In this document: positions 47,068-56,996 of the stretch, one piece after another
How positions within the stretch are numbered: position 1 is the stretch's first letter
Layout: the number at the start of each line of letters is the position of its first letter
Source of the DNA: a virus
Reading direction: 5' to 3' (one strand)
Length of the DNA stretch: 64,000 bases
IMG/VR virus record: IMGVR_UViG_3300028840_007026
Location: 1 to 64,000 of that record
Program-made: the position numbers and the translations under genes
Notes under the pieces: generated by a model
What the model was told of the DNA's origin: nothing
What the model saw: the letters and a program-made list of their open reading frames with translations, nothing else
Database searches by the model: none

Positions 47068-47381
47068 TTATTCGTATTCCAGTAATGGACATGACCAATG
47101 GAAATGAAGGGATTCTCCAATACGACGATAATCCGGATCAGAAGTTTATTCAATGGGGATTATTGGACGGGACGGAAGCACTCCGTGAGAAGTTGCAGAA
47201 GTATTTCAGCACGGAAAGGAAATTCGATATCCCCGATAATGCTTCGATAGATGGGTATGAGGAGCACAGTGGGAAACCGATTTCGGATATTGATTTCTTT
47301 CAACTCAGTTTATGTGGATTGTTTAGGGATATTGATGTGAAACTCGGGAAAGCCTTAAACATAAGGGAAACGGAAGAATAA
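47064..47381 (+). CDS. Small acidic protein, candidate immunity partner of the MuF effector
   Basis: ATGA overlap with the MuF fusion; 105 aa. Confidence 0.5.
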   Translation: MIIRIPVMDMTNGNEGILQYDDNPDQKFIQWGLLDGTEALREKLQKYFSTERKFDIPDNASIDGYEEHSGKPISDIDFFQLSLCGLFRDIDVKLGKALNIRETEE

Positions 47382-47863
47382 TGGGATGGGAAGTAAATCA
47401 TAGAACCGGGATGGGAGTATATGTCCCGGAATATTTCAAGGTTGTGGAAGTATTCCCTCCTGAAATGGAACCGTTTTTCCACGAGAATCTTGTTTGGCTC
47501 TATATCGATTCAAGAGTACTCGTAACAATGGATCGTTTACGGAGCCGATACGGACCTGCTATCATGAATACATGGGGTCTAAGCGAAGCGACACGTGAGA
47601 AGTTTGGCACTCATCAATGGAGGGGATGGCGTCCACGGAATTGTCCGGTGGGAGCAGAACTCTCATATCATAAAATTGGTAGTGCTGTTGATATGGTGTT
47701 CACCGATGTCAGTGCGGAAACAGTGAGAAGAGAGCTTTTGGAAAATCCTTTTGATGAGACGTTTCAGTTTGTAACGTCTATTGAAATGACTACCAATTGG
47801 TTTCACTTCGCCGTCTGTCCACACGACAAGGTGAACAATGGGGTGGAGAAGTTCTACCCCTGA
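47381..47863 (+). CDS. Peptidase M15-like endolysin
   Basis: GWR....GAELSYH..GSAVD...WFH Zn-peptidase motifs. Confidence 0.75.
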   Translation: MGWEVNHRTGMGVYVPEYFKVVEVFPPEMEPFFHENLVWLYIDSRVLVTMDRLRSRYGPAIMNTWGLSEATREKFGTHQWRGWRPRNCPVGAELSYHKIGSAVDMVFTDVSAETVRRELLENPFDETFQFVTSIEMTTNWFHFAVCPHDKVNNGVEKFYP

Positions 47864-47900
47864 TTTATTCACTTTTTCGCTCTCTGAGCAAAAAGGAGGC

Positions 47901-48782
47901 ATGGACATGCCAACGAAAGAATGGAAGCTGAAAATGACAGAGGATGGAGCACCGGTAGTTGATGGTACGAAAGTAGTTTACATCGATCCCGATGGGAAAG
48001 ATGTAGCGCTTGATCCCGTAGCAATGTACGGGAAGATTATCGTGCTCAACAAGGAGTCGAAAACCAATCGCCAGAAGGTTGAAGCGGCAGAAGGTATTAC
48101 TTCCCTTTTTAAGGGAGTGGAAGATGTCGCTGAGTACAAAAAGCGAGCGGATGAGGCTCTGGAAACTGTGGCAAATTTCAATGACAAGGACTACCTGAAG
48201 GCTGACAAAGTGGAGAAGTTGAAACAAGATATGTCTTCGTCCTATGAGCAGAAGTTGGAAACCCAGAAGAATTCTTTTCAGGGTGCCCTTGCGAAAAAAG
48301 ACGAGGTTATTTCGAGTAAGGACAGCCAGATCCACAAGCTTTTGGTGTCCAATAACTTTGCCGTGCATCCTCTTTTTGGTGGTGCAAATCCGAAGACTCA
48401 TCTCAACCCTGCTATGGCCGAAGCCTACTTCGCGAAGCACTACCGCGTAGAGGTAGCCGATGATGGGGTTGAGTTACTGCTCCGTGCTTATAAGGATCCT
48501 GGGAAGTATGAGGATCCGATTTACTCACGTGAGAATCCCGGCGAGTATGCCACTTTTCAAGAGGCTATGAACGAACTCTGGGACAAGTTCCCTGGGAAGG
48601 ACGCCCTTATGAGTGCAGGTAAACCGGGTAGTGGATCGGGTAGTGGATCGGGTGAGCATACCGAAAGTGACGACGAATTGGCTTCCCTCAAAAAAGCCCA
48701 TGCAAAAGCTCATGAAGAGGGAAGAGCAAAAGATGCAATTGCTCTGAAGAACAGAATTTTTCGTTTGGAAAATCCCAAATAA
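47901..48782 (+). CDS. Capsid scaffolding protein
   Basis: Coiled coil, IYSRENPGEYATFQEA, GSGSGSGSG; precedes the MCP. Confidence 0.75.
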   Translation: MDMPTKEWKLKMTEDGAPVVDGTKVVYIDPDGKDVALDPVAMYGKIIVLNKESKTNRQKVEAAEGITSLFKGVEDVAEYKKRADEALETVANFNDKDYLKADKVEKLKQDMSSSYEQKLETQKNSFQGALAKKDEVISSKDSQIHKLLVSNNFAVHPLFGGANPKTHLNPAMAEAYFAKHYRVEVADDGVELLLRAYKDPGKYEDPIYSRENPGEYATFQEAMNELWDKFPGKDALMSAGKPGSGSGSGSGEHTESDDELASLKKAHAKAHEEGRAKDAIALKNRIFRLENPK

Positions 48783-48837
48783 AAGCTTTTCATGGCAGCG
48801 TTAATTTACTTATAAACCGAAATAAGGAGAAGAAAAA

Positions 48838-49800
48838 ATGGCGAATACAAACGCTGCTGCAACTTCCTGGAATTGCCCCAACTACACCGGTGAACTTTTT
48901 CTCATTGGTGCCAATCAGACGCCTTTCCTGAACATGATCGGAGGGCTTCAAGGGAATTCCATTCGTGTGACCGCGGACTTCCAGTTCCCGCTGGGACAGC
49001 CTTGGGCGCTGGAGTCTGCTTCTCAACCGGCGGTGACGGAAACCGCTTCCATGACGGCTCCGACGGCGTGGACCTATGTCCGCGATCAGGATGTCAACAC
49101 CTGTCAGATTTTCCATCGGTCCGTTACCGTCAGCTACGCAAAACAGTCCGTTGTCGGCCAGATCACCGCCGACAGTACTACCGGTTTGGTCGATCGGACC
49201 GATCCGCAACCCGTCCAGAATGAACTGGACTTCCAGATCTCCGCTCATATGCGGCAGATCGCGGTGAATACCGAGTACACTTTTCTCAACGGTGCCTACC
49301 AGCAGGCAACATCCGCTGCGGTCGCCGCGAAAAGTCGTGGAATCATCACCGCATGTACTACCAACACCGTCAATGCAGCTGCCGCCGCGTTGAGCAAAAC
49401 CCTCCTGGATCAACTGCTCAGAACGATGGCCGGTAGTGGAGCGGAGTTCTCCAATCCCGTGATTTTCGTGAATGCCCTGAACAAACAACGGCTCAGCGAG
49501 ATCTACGGGTATGCTCCGCAGTCGCGCAATGTCGGCGGTTTTAACATCAACCAGATCGAAACCGACTTCGCAGTACTCGGAGTGATCTGGGCTCCGCATG
49601 TTCCTGCAGGTACTCTGCTCATTGCCGATCTGGCTTACTGCTCCCCCGTGTTCCTGCCGGTTCCCGGGAAGGGAGTACTGTTCTACGAAGAGCTGAGCAA
49701 AACTGGTGCCGCTGAGAAGGGACAGATCTACGGTCAAATCGGTCTTGACTACGGCCCGGAAGAGTATCACGGAACCATTACGAATCTCGCAACCACGTAG
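48838..49800 (+). CDS. Major capsid protein (HK97 fold, DUF5309-like)
   Basis: TPFLNMIG, NTCQIF..SV.VS, ELSKTG.AEKGQIYG; GC3-rich. Confidence 0.9.
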   Translation: MANTNAAATSWNCPNYTGELFLIGANQTPFLNMIGGLQGNSIRVTADFQFPLGQPWALESASQPAVTETASMTAPTAWTYVRDQDVNTCQIFHRSVTVSYAKQSVVGQITADSTTGLVDRTDPQPVQNELDFQISAHMRQIAVNTEYTFLNGAYQQATSAAVAAKSRGIITACTTNTVNAAAAALSKTLLDQLLRTMAGSGAEFSNPVIFVNALNKQRLSEIYGYAPQSRNVGGFNINQIETDFAVLGVIWAPHVPAGTLLIADLAYCSPVFLPVPGKGVLFYEELSKTGAAEKGQIYGQIGLDYGPEEYHGTITNLATT

Positions 49801-49862
49801 TAAACGCGAGGTGAGTAAACGGCTATAGTCAAAATTGATAACTTCTCACAGGAGGATTTCAC

Positions 49863-50021
49863 ATGGGAGCACGTGACCGAATTAACATGGAAACCAATCC
49901 CGGTCTGGAGCCGTCTTTTCGCAGATGGGCGAAGGATGTCAACGACGCCATTGCAGCCGGAACGGGATGGGTTACGACAACCACTACCACGACTACATCG
50001 ACGACCACAACGACAGCGTAG
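49863..50021 (+). CDS. 52-aa putative capsid decoration peptide with a poly-Thr tail (absent from ORF track)
   Basis: AGGAGG RBS; MGARDRINMETNPGLEPSFRRWAKDVNDAIAAGTGWVTTTTTTTTSTTTTTTA. Confidence 0.75.
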   Translation: MGARDRINMETNPGLEPSFRRWAKDVNDAIAAGTGWVTTTTTTTTSTTTTTA

Positions 50022-50048
50022 TAGTCTGGTCTAAGTAGGAGAAGAAAA

Positions 50049-50600
50049 ATGGCAAAGTCACAACAGAAACTGTATCGGTTTTATCGTTCAAACCTTGCTA
50101 CAATTGTATGGAACCCTGAGAAGAACAAAGCACTGTGCGAATTCGTTGATGGACAGTACTACACGGAAGATGCACAGGTCGCTCAAAAACTGGCTGATCT
50201 GGGTTATCCGCAAATTCCGCTGGATCTGGACGAACCTCCTGATGTGTTTTTTCAGAAGGGAAAGAGTCTGGAAGAGGGTGAGAATATCCCTATCATGTCC
50301 CGCGGAGTTACGGAAGATGTACTCTTGGAACAGGAGCAGAAACGGGCTGAGCAAGAAAGGCTGATTGCGAAGAGTAAAGCTACCTCTGTGGAAGGCTCAG
50401 AGCCCACTGACAGCGCGATCACATCACCCGCTGACATTGCCCTTGGCCGGGAAAAAGATAAACCGAAAACAGAAACGAAGGTGTCAAAACCCAAACGAGC
50501 AAAACGGTCGCCGACGAAGAAAAAGGCTCCGGTGAAGAAGTCCGAAAAGAAACCGGAGAGAAAAGTGAAAAGGCGACTGAGAAAACCCAAAAAGGAATAG
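50049..50600 (+). CDS. Hypothetical protein with a Lys-rich C-terminus
   Basis: RBS; FVDGQYYTED..LGY. Confidence 0.65.
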   Translation: MAKSQQKLYRFYRSNLATIVWNPEKNKALCEFVDGQYYTEDAQVAQKLADLGYPQIPLDLDEPPDVFFQKGKSLEEGENIPIMSRGVTEDVLLEQEQKRAEQERLIAKSKATSVEGSEPTDSAITSPADIALGREKDKPKTETKVSKPKRAKRSPTKKKAPVKKSEKKPERKVKRRLRKPKKE

Positions 50601-50608
50601 GTGAGTAA

Positions 50609-51046
50609 ATGCCTTATTCAACGGATCAAGACATTGCAGCAATCAGACCGAATATCCTTGAGTTTGGGGTTACGGACTGGACTGCAATGCACGTAAAGGC
50701 AGCTGAGAAGATAAATCGAACTCTTATCCGACGTTGGTATAAAACGGCTGCACAGGAGTACTCACTCGATTGGCGTGACAATGAGTTCTCATCTGAACTG
50801 ATAGATGCTAATCAAGTTAAGGACCTGTCCAGTTATAAAGCGTTGGAGCTCATCTACCTTTACTTGATGAAAGATTCCCCAGAAGCCGATGGTTTTGAAC
50901 GCGAGATGAAGATTTTCCGTGACCTGTACAATCAGGAATTGGAAGAAGTACTCGCGACCGGCGTGAATTACGACTGGGATGGCTCTGGGGCTATTGTGGA
51001 CACAGAGAAGTATCACCATGTACCAAGGAGACTTGTTCGTGTCTGA
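50609..51046 (+). CDS. Head-tail adaptor/connector
   Basis: MPYST..DI pattern; size and position. Confidence 0.65.
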   Translation: MPYSTDQDIAAIRPNILEFGVTDWTAMHVKAAEKINRTLIRRWYKTAAQEYSLDWRDNEFSSELIDANQVKDLSSYKALELIYLYLMKDSPEADGFEREMKIFRDLYNQELEEVLATGVNYDWDGSGAIVDTEKYHHVPRRLVRV

Positions 51047-51500
51047 ACCTGTAACAATATTCGGATTAAGGGATGTAATTCTCGATTTGCTGTTCTTACG
51101 AACGCACATTGAGAGTGAACCCATAATGCGTGAGATTGGTCTGTTCTTAACTTCTCAGATCCAAATTAGAACGGCCGAAGGTAGGGATGTACATGGCGAA
51201 CCGTTTGAACCTTATTCTGAAGGATATGCCGAATTGAGAAGACGGTCCGGACGGTCTGCTAACAAGGTTAACCTTTTCATGACTGGTTCTATGATGTCTT
51301 CAATGGATTTTAACACAACCGAAAACACGGTTGAACTATTCTTTCAGGGTAGTAAAGATCCAACTGGAATGAGCAATCCTGAAAAGGCTTATTACCTTAA
51401 TGAGAACCGTGAGTTTTTTGCTGTTAGTGAAGAGGACAGGATAAGAGTTAGAGAAATTATCCGTAATCACATTCGCCGTATCCGGCGACGAAGGAGATAA
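51039..51500 (+). CDS. Virion morphogenesis / tail completion protein
   Basis: PYS..YA..R, VNLFMTGSM, REFFAVS. Confidence 0.7.
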   Translation: MSEPVTIFGLRDVILDLLFLRTHIESEPIMREIGLFLTSQIQIRTAEGRDVHGEPFEPYSEGYAELRRRSGRSANKVNLFMTGSMMSSMDFNTTENTVELFFQGSKDPTGMSNPEKAYYLNENREFFAVSEEDRIRVREIIRNHIRRIRRRRR

Positions 51501-51503
51501 AAG

Positions 51504-51956
51504 ATGGCTGCGAACTCAAAACGTGAGCAAATCATCGTAAGCGTAAAGGAGGATTTGGAAACGATTCCCTCTATTGCTACCGTAAAAAGGTCACTGCCGA
51601 CGTTGAAGGATTTGGAGAACTTTGCAGTCACCCAATTTCCGGTAATCGCAATGGTTGCAGGTTTGCCAGTTCCAAGGCCTCACGTAGTTGGCAGACGTAC
51701 AGCGGGAAAGGATGTGTTTATTTCAGATTTGAACATCTCACTTTACTGCTATTTCCAAGACAATGTGGAACCCGATACACAACTCAGCAACATACTCGAC
51801 GACCTTTGGGCAACACTTTATGCGGATCCAACGAGGGGAGAACTTGCTATCGGCACTACGTTAAAACCCGAATTTTATAGAGGTTACTGGGAGCCTTTCT
51901 ATGCTTTCAGAGTAGACGTTGTAATACAATATTCTCACAAAACAGGAGGGATATAA
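51504..51956 (+). CDS. Tail terminator-like protein
   Basis: SKREQII, LYADPTRG; position before the tail tube. Confidence 0.6.
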   Translation: MAANSKREQIIVSVKEDLETIPSIATVKRSLPTLKDLENFAVTQFPVIAMVAGLPVPRPHVVGRRTAGKDVFISDLNISLYCYFQDNVEPDTQLSNILDDLWATLYADPTRGELAIGTTLKPEFYRGYWEPFYAFRVDVVIQYSHKTGGI

Positions 51957-52504
51957 TGGCAACTCCGCATTCAACCGATAACTACGTCGTTGGAAAGGGT
52001 ATCCTTTACATCGGCGAATGGACAGGGACTACTCCCCCTACGGATCCTTCGGGGTTTACCGATTTGGGGAACTGTCCGAGTTTGGAAATCGAGCCTTCTG
52101 TAGAACGGCTCCCTCACTACTCCTCCAGAACAGGGTTGAGAACAAGGGACAAAAACCCGATCATCCAGTCCGAGTACTCACTCAACTTCGATCTGGACGA
52201 GTTCGCGGCAGTAAACCTCGCCCGTTTTCTCATGGGCGAAACCAGTGGGAATCTGGTCTACGCGCTGACTCAACCGGACAAGGAATACGCTTTGAAATTC
52301 ATTTCCGACAACCCTTTGGGACCCCAGTACACATGGAGATTCCATCGGGTGACTCTATCCCCAAACGGTGCCCTGCAACTGATTGGAGAAGAGTATTTGG
52401 TTATGTCGATTTCGGCGGAAGGGTTGTCGGATACGGCGAACAATCCAAACAGTCCGTATGTGACAACCACCTTCGTGACCACCACGACAACCACTACCGT
52501 CTAA
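51956..52504 (+). CDS. Major tail tube protein with a poly-Thr C-terminus
   Basis: YVVGKG.LY, DLGNCP, HYSSR.G, FISDNP.GP; ends VTTTTTTTV. Confidence 0.8.
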   Translation: MATPHSTDNYVVGKGILYIGEWTGTTPPTDPSGFTDLGNCPSLEIEPSVERLPHYSSRTGLRTRDKNPIIQSEYSLNFDLDEFAAVNLARFLMGETSGNLVYALTQPDKEYALKFISDNPLGPQYTWRFHRVTLSPNGALQLIGEEYLVMSISAEGLSDTANNPNSPYVTTTFVTTTTTTTV

Positions 52505-52524
52505 TAAAAGGAGTACTTCTAAAA

Positions 52525-52968
52525 ATGAGATTGACTGAGCGTATAAAAATTGATGACAAGGAATACACCGTTAGAGAATTAACAGTTGAGGAAATTATCA
52601 ATCTTTTTTCCAGTCAACCATCCTCTAACGACAGCAATCCCACCGAAAGATCCATTGAGAAAAAGGTAGAAAATGTAATTGGCGATTTCTTTGATGGTGG
52701 TGGATATCTTTCAACTTTTCTCAAGCTCGCCATGCCCGGAACTACCCTTGGGGATCTTATCAAACTTGCACCTTCCGAGCTGATGCAAATTTGGGAGAAG
52801 GTAAAGGAAGTCAACAAGTATTTTTTCGATCTGGCCCAGACACTGGAGCTGGGCAAGCAACTCACGAAGGCTGGAAGAGAGCTGCTGGAGAACTTTTCTC
52901 AACTTGCTGTCAGCTTATCGAAGCGGGTCATGGAGAAGGAGTATTTAGATATGGATATTCCTTCCTAA
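52525..52968 (+). CDS. Tail assembly chaperone (gpG-like)
   Basis: VRELTV.EI, LAPSEL, KEVN..FF; lies between tube and TMP. Confidence 0.75.
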   Translation: MRLTERIKIDDKEYTVRELTVEEIINLFSSQPSSNDSNPTERSIEKKVENVIGDFFDGGGYLSTFLKLAMPGTTLGDLIKLAPSELMQIWEKVKEVNKYFFDLAQTLELGKQLTKAGRELLENFSQLAVSLSKRVMEKEYLDMDIPS

Positions 52969-53093
52969 TCAATGCTCTAAATGCTCACCAGAGATTGAGA
53001 ATTAGAAGACAACAGGATATCGGTGAAGCATTTAGGATCGCCCGTTTTGCAAATAAAAAAGAATGGCGAAAGTTTATAAGGCAAAGGACTTAA
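52821..53093 (+). CDS. Frameshift extension of the tail chaperone (gpGT-like)
   Basis: In-frame T TTT TTC at 52821-52827; the -1 frame stays open to 53093 (LIEAGH..VFRYGYS). Confidence 0.55.
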   Translation, partial: FFRSGPDTGAGQATHEGWKRAAGELFSTCCQLIEAGHGEGVFRYGYSFLINALNAHQRLRIRRQQDIGEAFRIARFANKKEWRKFIRQRT

Positions 53094-53096
53094 AAA

Positions 53097-55967
53097 ATGG
53101 CAGATGAACAGATCACAATACTTGTCCGGCTGAGGAATCTCGCCGGGAAGCAAATTGGTGCGATTCAAAAGGGGATGAAAGGTCTCCAGAAAAGCGTTTA
53201 TTCTGTGGGGAAAGCATTTACTTCCCTTCAAGCTAAAGTCGCCGGACTCGGCTTGACTCTTAGTGCTGGACTTATAACGCGATCTGTTATCAATACTTTT
53301 AAGGAATACGATGATACACTACGTGCCGCTGGTGCGGTAACAGGCGCGACCGCGGAAGAGTTTAAGACTCTGGGGCAGGTTGCTGAGAAAATGGGTAAAA
53401 CTACTAAATTCTCAGCGGCTCAGGCGGCCGATGGCTTGCGATTACTTGGTATGGCAGGGTTTAGTGTTATCGAAGCAACCGAAGCCCTTCCTGGGGTTCT
53501 CCAGCTTGCTGCCGCTGGAGCGTTAGAATTAGGACAGGCTGCAGACATTGCTACTAATGTTCTCGCTGGTTTCGGTCTCGAAGTAGAAGATTTATCCGCA
53601 GTAAATGATGTTCTCGCCAAAACATTTACTTCCAGTAACTCCACTCTGGTAGAACTTGGGGAAGCCTTTAAACTCGTTGGTCCGATTGCAGCTGGTGTAG
53701 GTTCTGATTTCGAAGACTTAGTTGGGTCACTTGGCAAGTTGCATGATGCTGGTTTGAAGGGAACCCTTGCAGGTACTGCTCTTCGTGGAGCTATTGATGC
53801 TCTTCTCAATCCAACAAAAGAAGAAGCGAAGTTGATGAAGGAACTTGAGCAACGAATGGGGGGAGTAGCACTCCGAGTTAGGGATAATGAAGGCAATTTC
53901 ATCGGCTTCGTGGAAATTATAAGACAACTTGAAGCGGCAGGATTGAAAGGTGATGAAGCATTGAAGCTTTTTGGACTCCGTGCTGGTCCTGGTATGGCAG
54001 CACTTCTCAGCGTTGGATCCAAAGAGCTTGATAAATACGTTGATGATCTTAAGGATGCTGGTGGAACTGCGAAGCAAATAGCTGAAGATATGGAAGCAGG
54101 GATCGGAGGTGCTTCAAGGAGAACCGCTGCAGCAATGGAAGGAGTAAAAATAGCACTTGGCAGAGCCTTTGAAGAGGAGTTGATTCAAGGGTTTGACTAT
54201 ATAACTGAGAAAATATCTGCTTTCATAGAAGAAATCGATCGTCTCGATAGAGAGGGAACCCTTGAGGAATGGGGAAAAGTCGCAAAGGAAAGTATTCAGG
54301 TAGTAATGAAGTTCCTTGGGAAATTGATTGAAGAAGTGATGATCGTTGGACGTGCAATGGGAACGGTAGCACTTGCGATTGAAGGTTTGTTCACCGGCAA
54401 CTTTACTGCTGCCGGTGAATCTCTTCGGGGCGTGAGTAAAGCGTTCCACGAATTTGCAGGACTACCTTGGAAGGAATCTGGAGATGATGTAATTGAAGTT
54501 TTTCACAAAATAGATGAGCAGGGAAACGTAGTTTCCAAAAATATCATTAACCGCAGCAAACAAGAAAGGGAAGCACTTGAGAAGGACATAAGTGCTCTTG
54601 ATCGTGCTCTTGAGTCAATGAGAAATAAGACCGAAGGGAAGACCGGTCCAATCGGTCGAAGGCCTACGAAAACAACTGTCACCGCTGAAATCAAGCCCGA
54701 AATAACCGATGTAACCCAATTAAAAACAGAAGCAATGAAGATCAAGTCCATTATCGAGCGAGAACTTGTGGAACTTGATGCAGCCTACGCTGGTGGATTG
54801 GTTACTTTGGAAGATTACTTCAAAGAACGTGAGCGGAAAATAATTGAGGCAGCGGAATCAGAAATCAAAGTACTACAAATTTCCGCTGATCGTGAAACGG
54901 ATATAAATAAACGGGCATTAATGGATGCGAGGATCTTCACAATGAGGCAAGAGTTAAAACAAAACCTGTTTGAGTTGGAACAGGAAGCACTTGCCGAACG
55001 TGATAAGTTGAGACAGGAAGAAGTAGAGCTTGAGAAAAAGGCAGCACTTGCAAAAGAAATAATTGCGAGACAATTTAATAACGTTAAAGCGAGACTTGCA
55101 TCGATGGAAGGTGCAGGTCTTGAAACCCAATTCGCAAAGGAGATTGCAGATCTACAGGAACGTCAAGATCGTGAAATAGCAATGCTTGAAGAGCATAATG
55201 CAAAAAAGGAGCAAATAAACGAGCTCTATAGGCAACATGAATTGGAGAAGCAAAAGGTAGCGGAGGATCAAGCGAGAAGAGAACTCCAATACAGGTTAAC
55301 TACTGCTTCGGAAGTAGCTGGTGGACTTGCCAATATCATGGAGGAAATGTACGATCTTTCCGGCAAGAAATCGAAGGAAATGTTCTACCTCGTTAAGGCA
55401 GCGAAGATTGCTGAGGCGACAATCAATGTGGCAAATGCTGTCACCGGAGCACTTGGAGCTCCACCTTATAGCACTGGAGCAATTGTAAACGCTTCGATTA
55501 TAGGTGCAATGGGAGCAGTACAAATAGCAAAGATCGCAGCGACAAACCTTGCTGAAGGTGGAGAAGTTCCTGGGCATTCCCCTCACAAAAAAGCGGATAA
55601 TATTCCGGCTCATTTGACTGCCGGTGAATGGGTTCAGCCGGTTGATACAGTGAGATACTACGGTACAGGTATTATGGAAGCATTGAGAAAAAGATTAATT
55701 CCCAGAGAACTTTTCTCAGGGTTTTCCATGCCGTCTGTACCACGTTCAACAAGGGTGGCTCGTTTCGCTGAAGGTGGTGCAGTAGCTGGTCCGCAGATGG
55801 TGACGCCAGAAGCAGGTGCGAAAGAGGAGAAAATTGACATTGTGAATGTAATTGACCAATCTGTTTTTGACCGGTACTTATCTTCTACTCCAGGTAAGAA
55901 AACCGTTTTCAATGTCATTAGAGGCAATGCCTACGAACTTAAAAATATATTAGCGACGGAGGTCTAA
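53097..55967 (+). CDS. Tape measure protein (TP901-like core)
   Basis: TTKFSAAQAA, LGMAGF, AADI, GLKGTLAGTALR; C-terminal AEGG motifs. Confidence 0.95.
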   Translation: MADEQITILVRLRNLAGKQIGAIQKGMKGLQKSVYSVGKAFTSLQAKVAGLGLTLSAGLITRSVINTFKEYDDTLRAAGAVTGATAEEFKTLGQVAEKMGKTTKFSAAQAADGLRLLGMAGFSVIEATEALPGVLQLAAAGALELGQAADIATNVLAGFGLEVEDLSAVNDVLAKTFTSSNSTLVELGEAFKLVGPIAAGVGSDFEDLVGSLGKLHDAGLKGTLAGTALRGAIDALLNPTKEEAKLMKELEQRMGGVALRVRDNEGNFIGFVEIIRQLEAAGLKGDEALKLFGLRAGPGMAALLSVGSKELDKYVDDLKDAGGTAKQIAEDMEAGIGGASRRTAAAMEGVKIALGRAFEEELIQGFDYITEKISAFIEEIDRLDREGTLEEWGKVAKESIQVVMKFLGKLIEEVMIVGRAMGTVALAIEGLFTGNFTAAGESLRGVSKAFHEFAGLPWKESGDDVIEVFHKIDEQGNVVSKNIINRSKQEREALEKDISALDRALESMRNKTEGKTGPIGRRPTKTTVTAEIKPEITDVTQLKTEAMKIKSIIERELVELDAAYAGGLVTLEDYFKERERKIIEAAESEIKVLQISADRETDINKRALMDARIFTMRQELKQNLFELEQEALAERDKLRQEEVELEKKAALAKEIIARQFNNVKARLASMEGAGLETQFAKEIADLQERQDREIAMLEEHNAKKEQINELYRQHELEKQKVAEDQARRELQYRLTTASEVAGGLANIMEEMYDLSGKKSKEMFYLVKAAKIAEATINVANAVTGALGAPPYSTGAIVNASIIGAMGAVQIAKIAATNLAEGGEVPGHSPHKKADNIPAHLTAGEWVQPVDTVRYYGTGIMEALRKRLIPRELFSGFSMPSVPRSTRVARFAEGGAVAGPQMVTPEAGAKEEKIDIVNVIDQSVFDRYLSSTPGKKTVFNVIRGNAYELKNILATEV

Positions 55968-55969
55968 TC

Positions 55970-56986
55970 ATGATTCTCACCCCTCAATTTAAAACAGGAA
56001 CGGTTCCCGGTTTTGCTGGTGGGAATAACGTAGGCTTATTGCAAACCCTTGTGACATGGTTAACGAGCAACCCTGGAGTGAGTGGATTAGACTGGTCCTT
56101 GGAATTTGATGATGAGGCAAGAGATGATGATGGGACCACTTCGTCTTATGGTTCGACGTATAGGGAAGTAATTCTCTATAATGATGGGCTGAGTGGAAAT
56201 GAGAACATCTTCATTGGAATGCGAGAATTCTATTATATCAGTTCTCAGCTTTATGGGTGGAACTTGAATGGATATACTTCCCTTCCGTCCACGTGGAACG
56301 GTGCTGCTGCAACAACTCACCAATTGAGCGACTTTAGTTCTACTACCAAAAGTTGGACAATGCTGCCTTCGCTTCAGTTGTTTAATGCCGAGATGGCTTA
56401 CTGGTTTTATGCTACCTCAGAGTTTGTATTCGTTGCTGTTCGTGTCGGTTCGAGTTATTACCAGTGCTACCTTGGGAACGGGGCGAGATTAGGCTCTCCT
56501 GAGTCCTACCCATATCCTCTCGTAATAGCTGGGAGTGAAAGAGGGGATACCAGCTATCAGGATGGTGGATTTGGACCAGTGAGACCGATGAATGATATAA
56601 ATGAGTGCTCCAATTTTATAGTGGATCCAGCGGGTACATTTAAAAAGTTTAGTGGGGATCTTCTCGTTATTCCCATGCAGGCGAATACAAATACTTCTCC
56701 TTTGGTAACATCACCGAATGGTGCTGCTATTCTCATGCCTGTTTTTTATATAACAGACACGAATGTCACTTGTGTCCAGCTTTATAACGTAGCTGCCTAC
56801 CGGAATTTGAATACCCAGAGTGAAGAGGAAGTAGTTGATAGCGACAGCAACCTTTGGAGAATATTTGCACAGGGTAAAAACGACTATGAGTATGATTGGC
56901 TCGCTGTTTTAGAGCAACAAAATTATACTACCACTACCACTACGGTTACATCAACAAGTTCTACCACCACTACGACGACGGTTTAA
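55970..56986 (+). CDS. Virion structural protein with a poly-Thr tail
   Basis: YPYPLVIAG motif; position after the TMP. Confidence 0.7.
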   Translation: MILTPQFKTGTVPGFAGGNNVGLLQTLVTWLTSNPGVSGLDWSLEFDDEARDDDGTTSSYGSTYREVILYNDGLSGNENIFIGMREFYYISSQLYGWNLNGYTSLPSTWNGAAATTHQLSDFSSTTKSWTMLPSLQLFNAEMAYWFYATSEFVFVAVRVGSSYYQCYLGNGARLGSPESYPYPLVIAGSERGDTSYQDGGFGPVRPMNDINECSNFIVDPAGTFKKFSGDLLVIPMQANTNTSPLVTSPNGAAILMPVFYITDTNVTCVQLYNVAAYRNLNTQSEEEVVDSDSNLWRIFAQGKNDYEYDWLAVLEQQNYTTTTTTVTSTSSTTTTTTV

Positions 56987-56996
56987 GGAGTAAACC

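Noticed and set aside
48790-49770. 326-aa antisense ORF over the major capsid gene
   Set aside because: Explained by GC3 bias of the MCP; no RBS or recognisable motifs.
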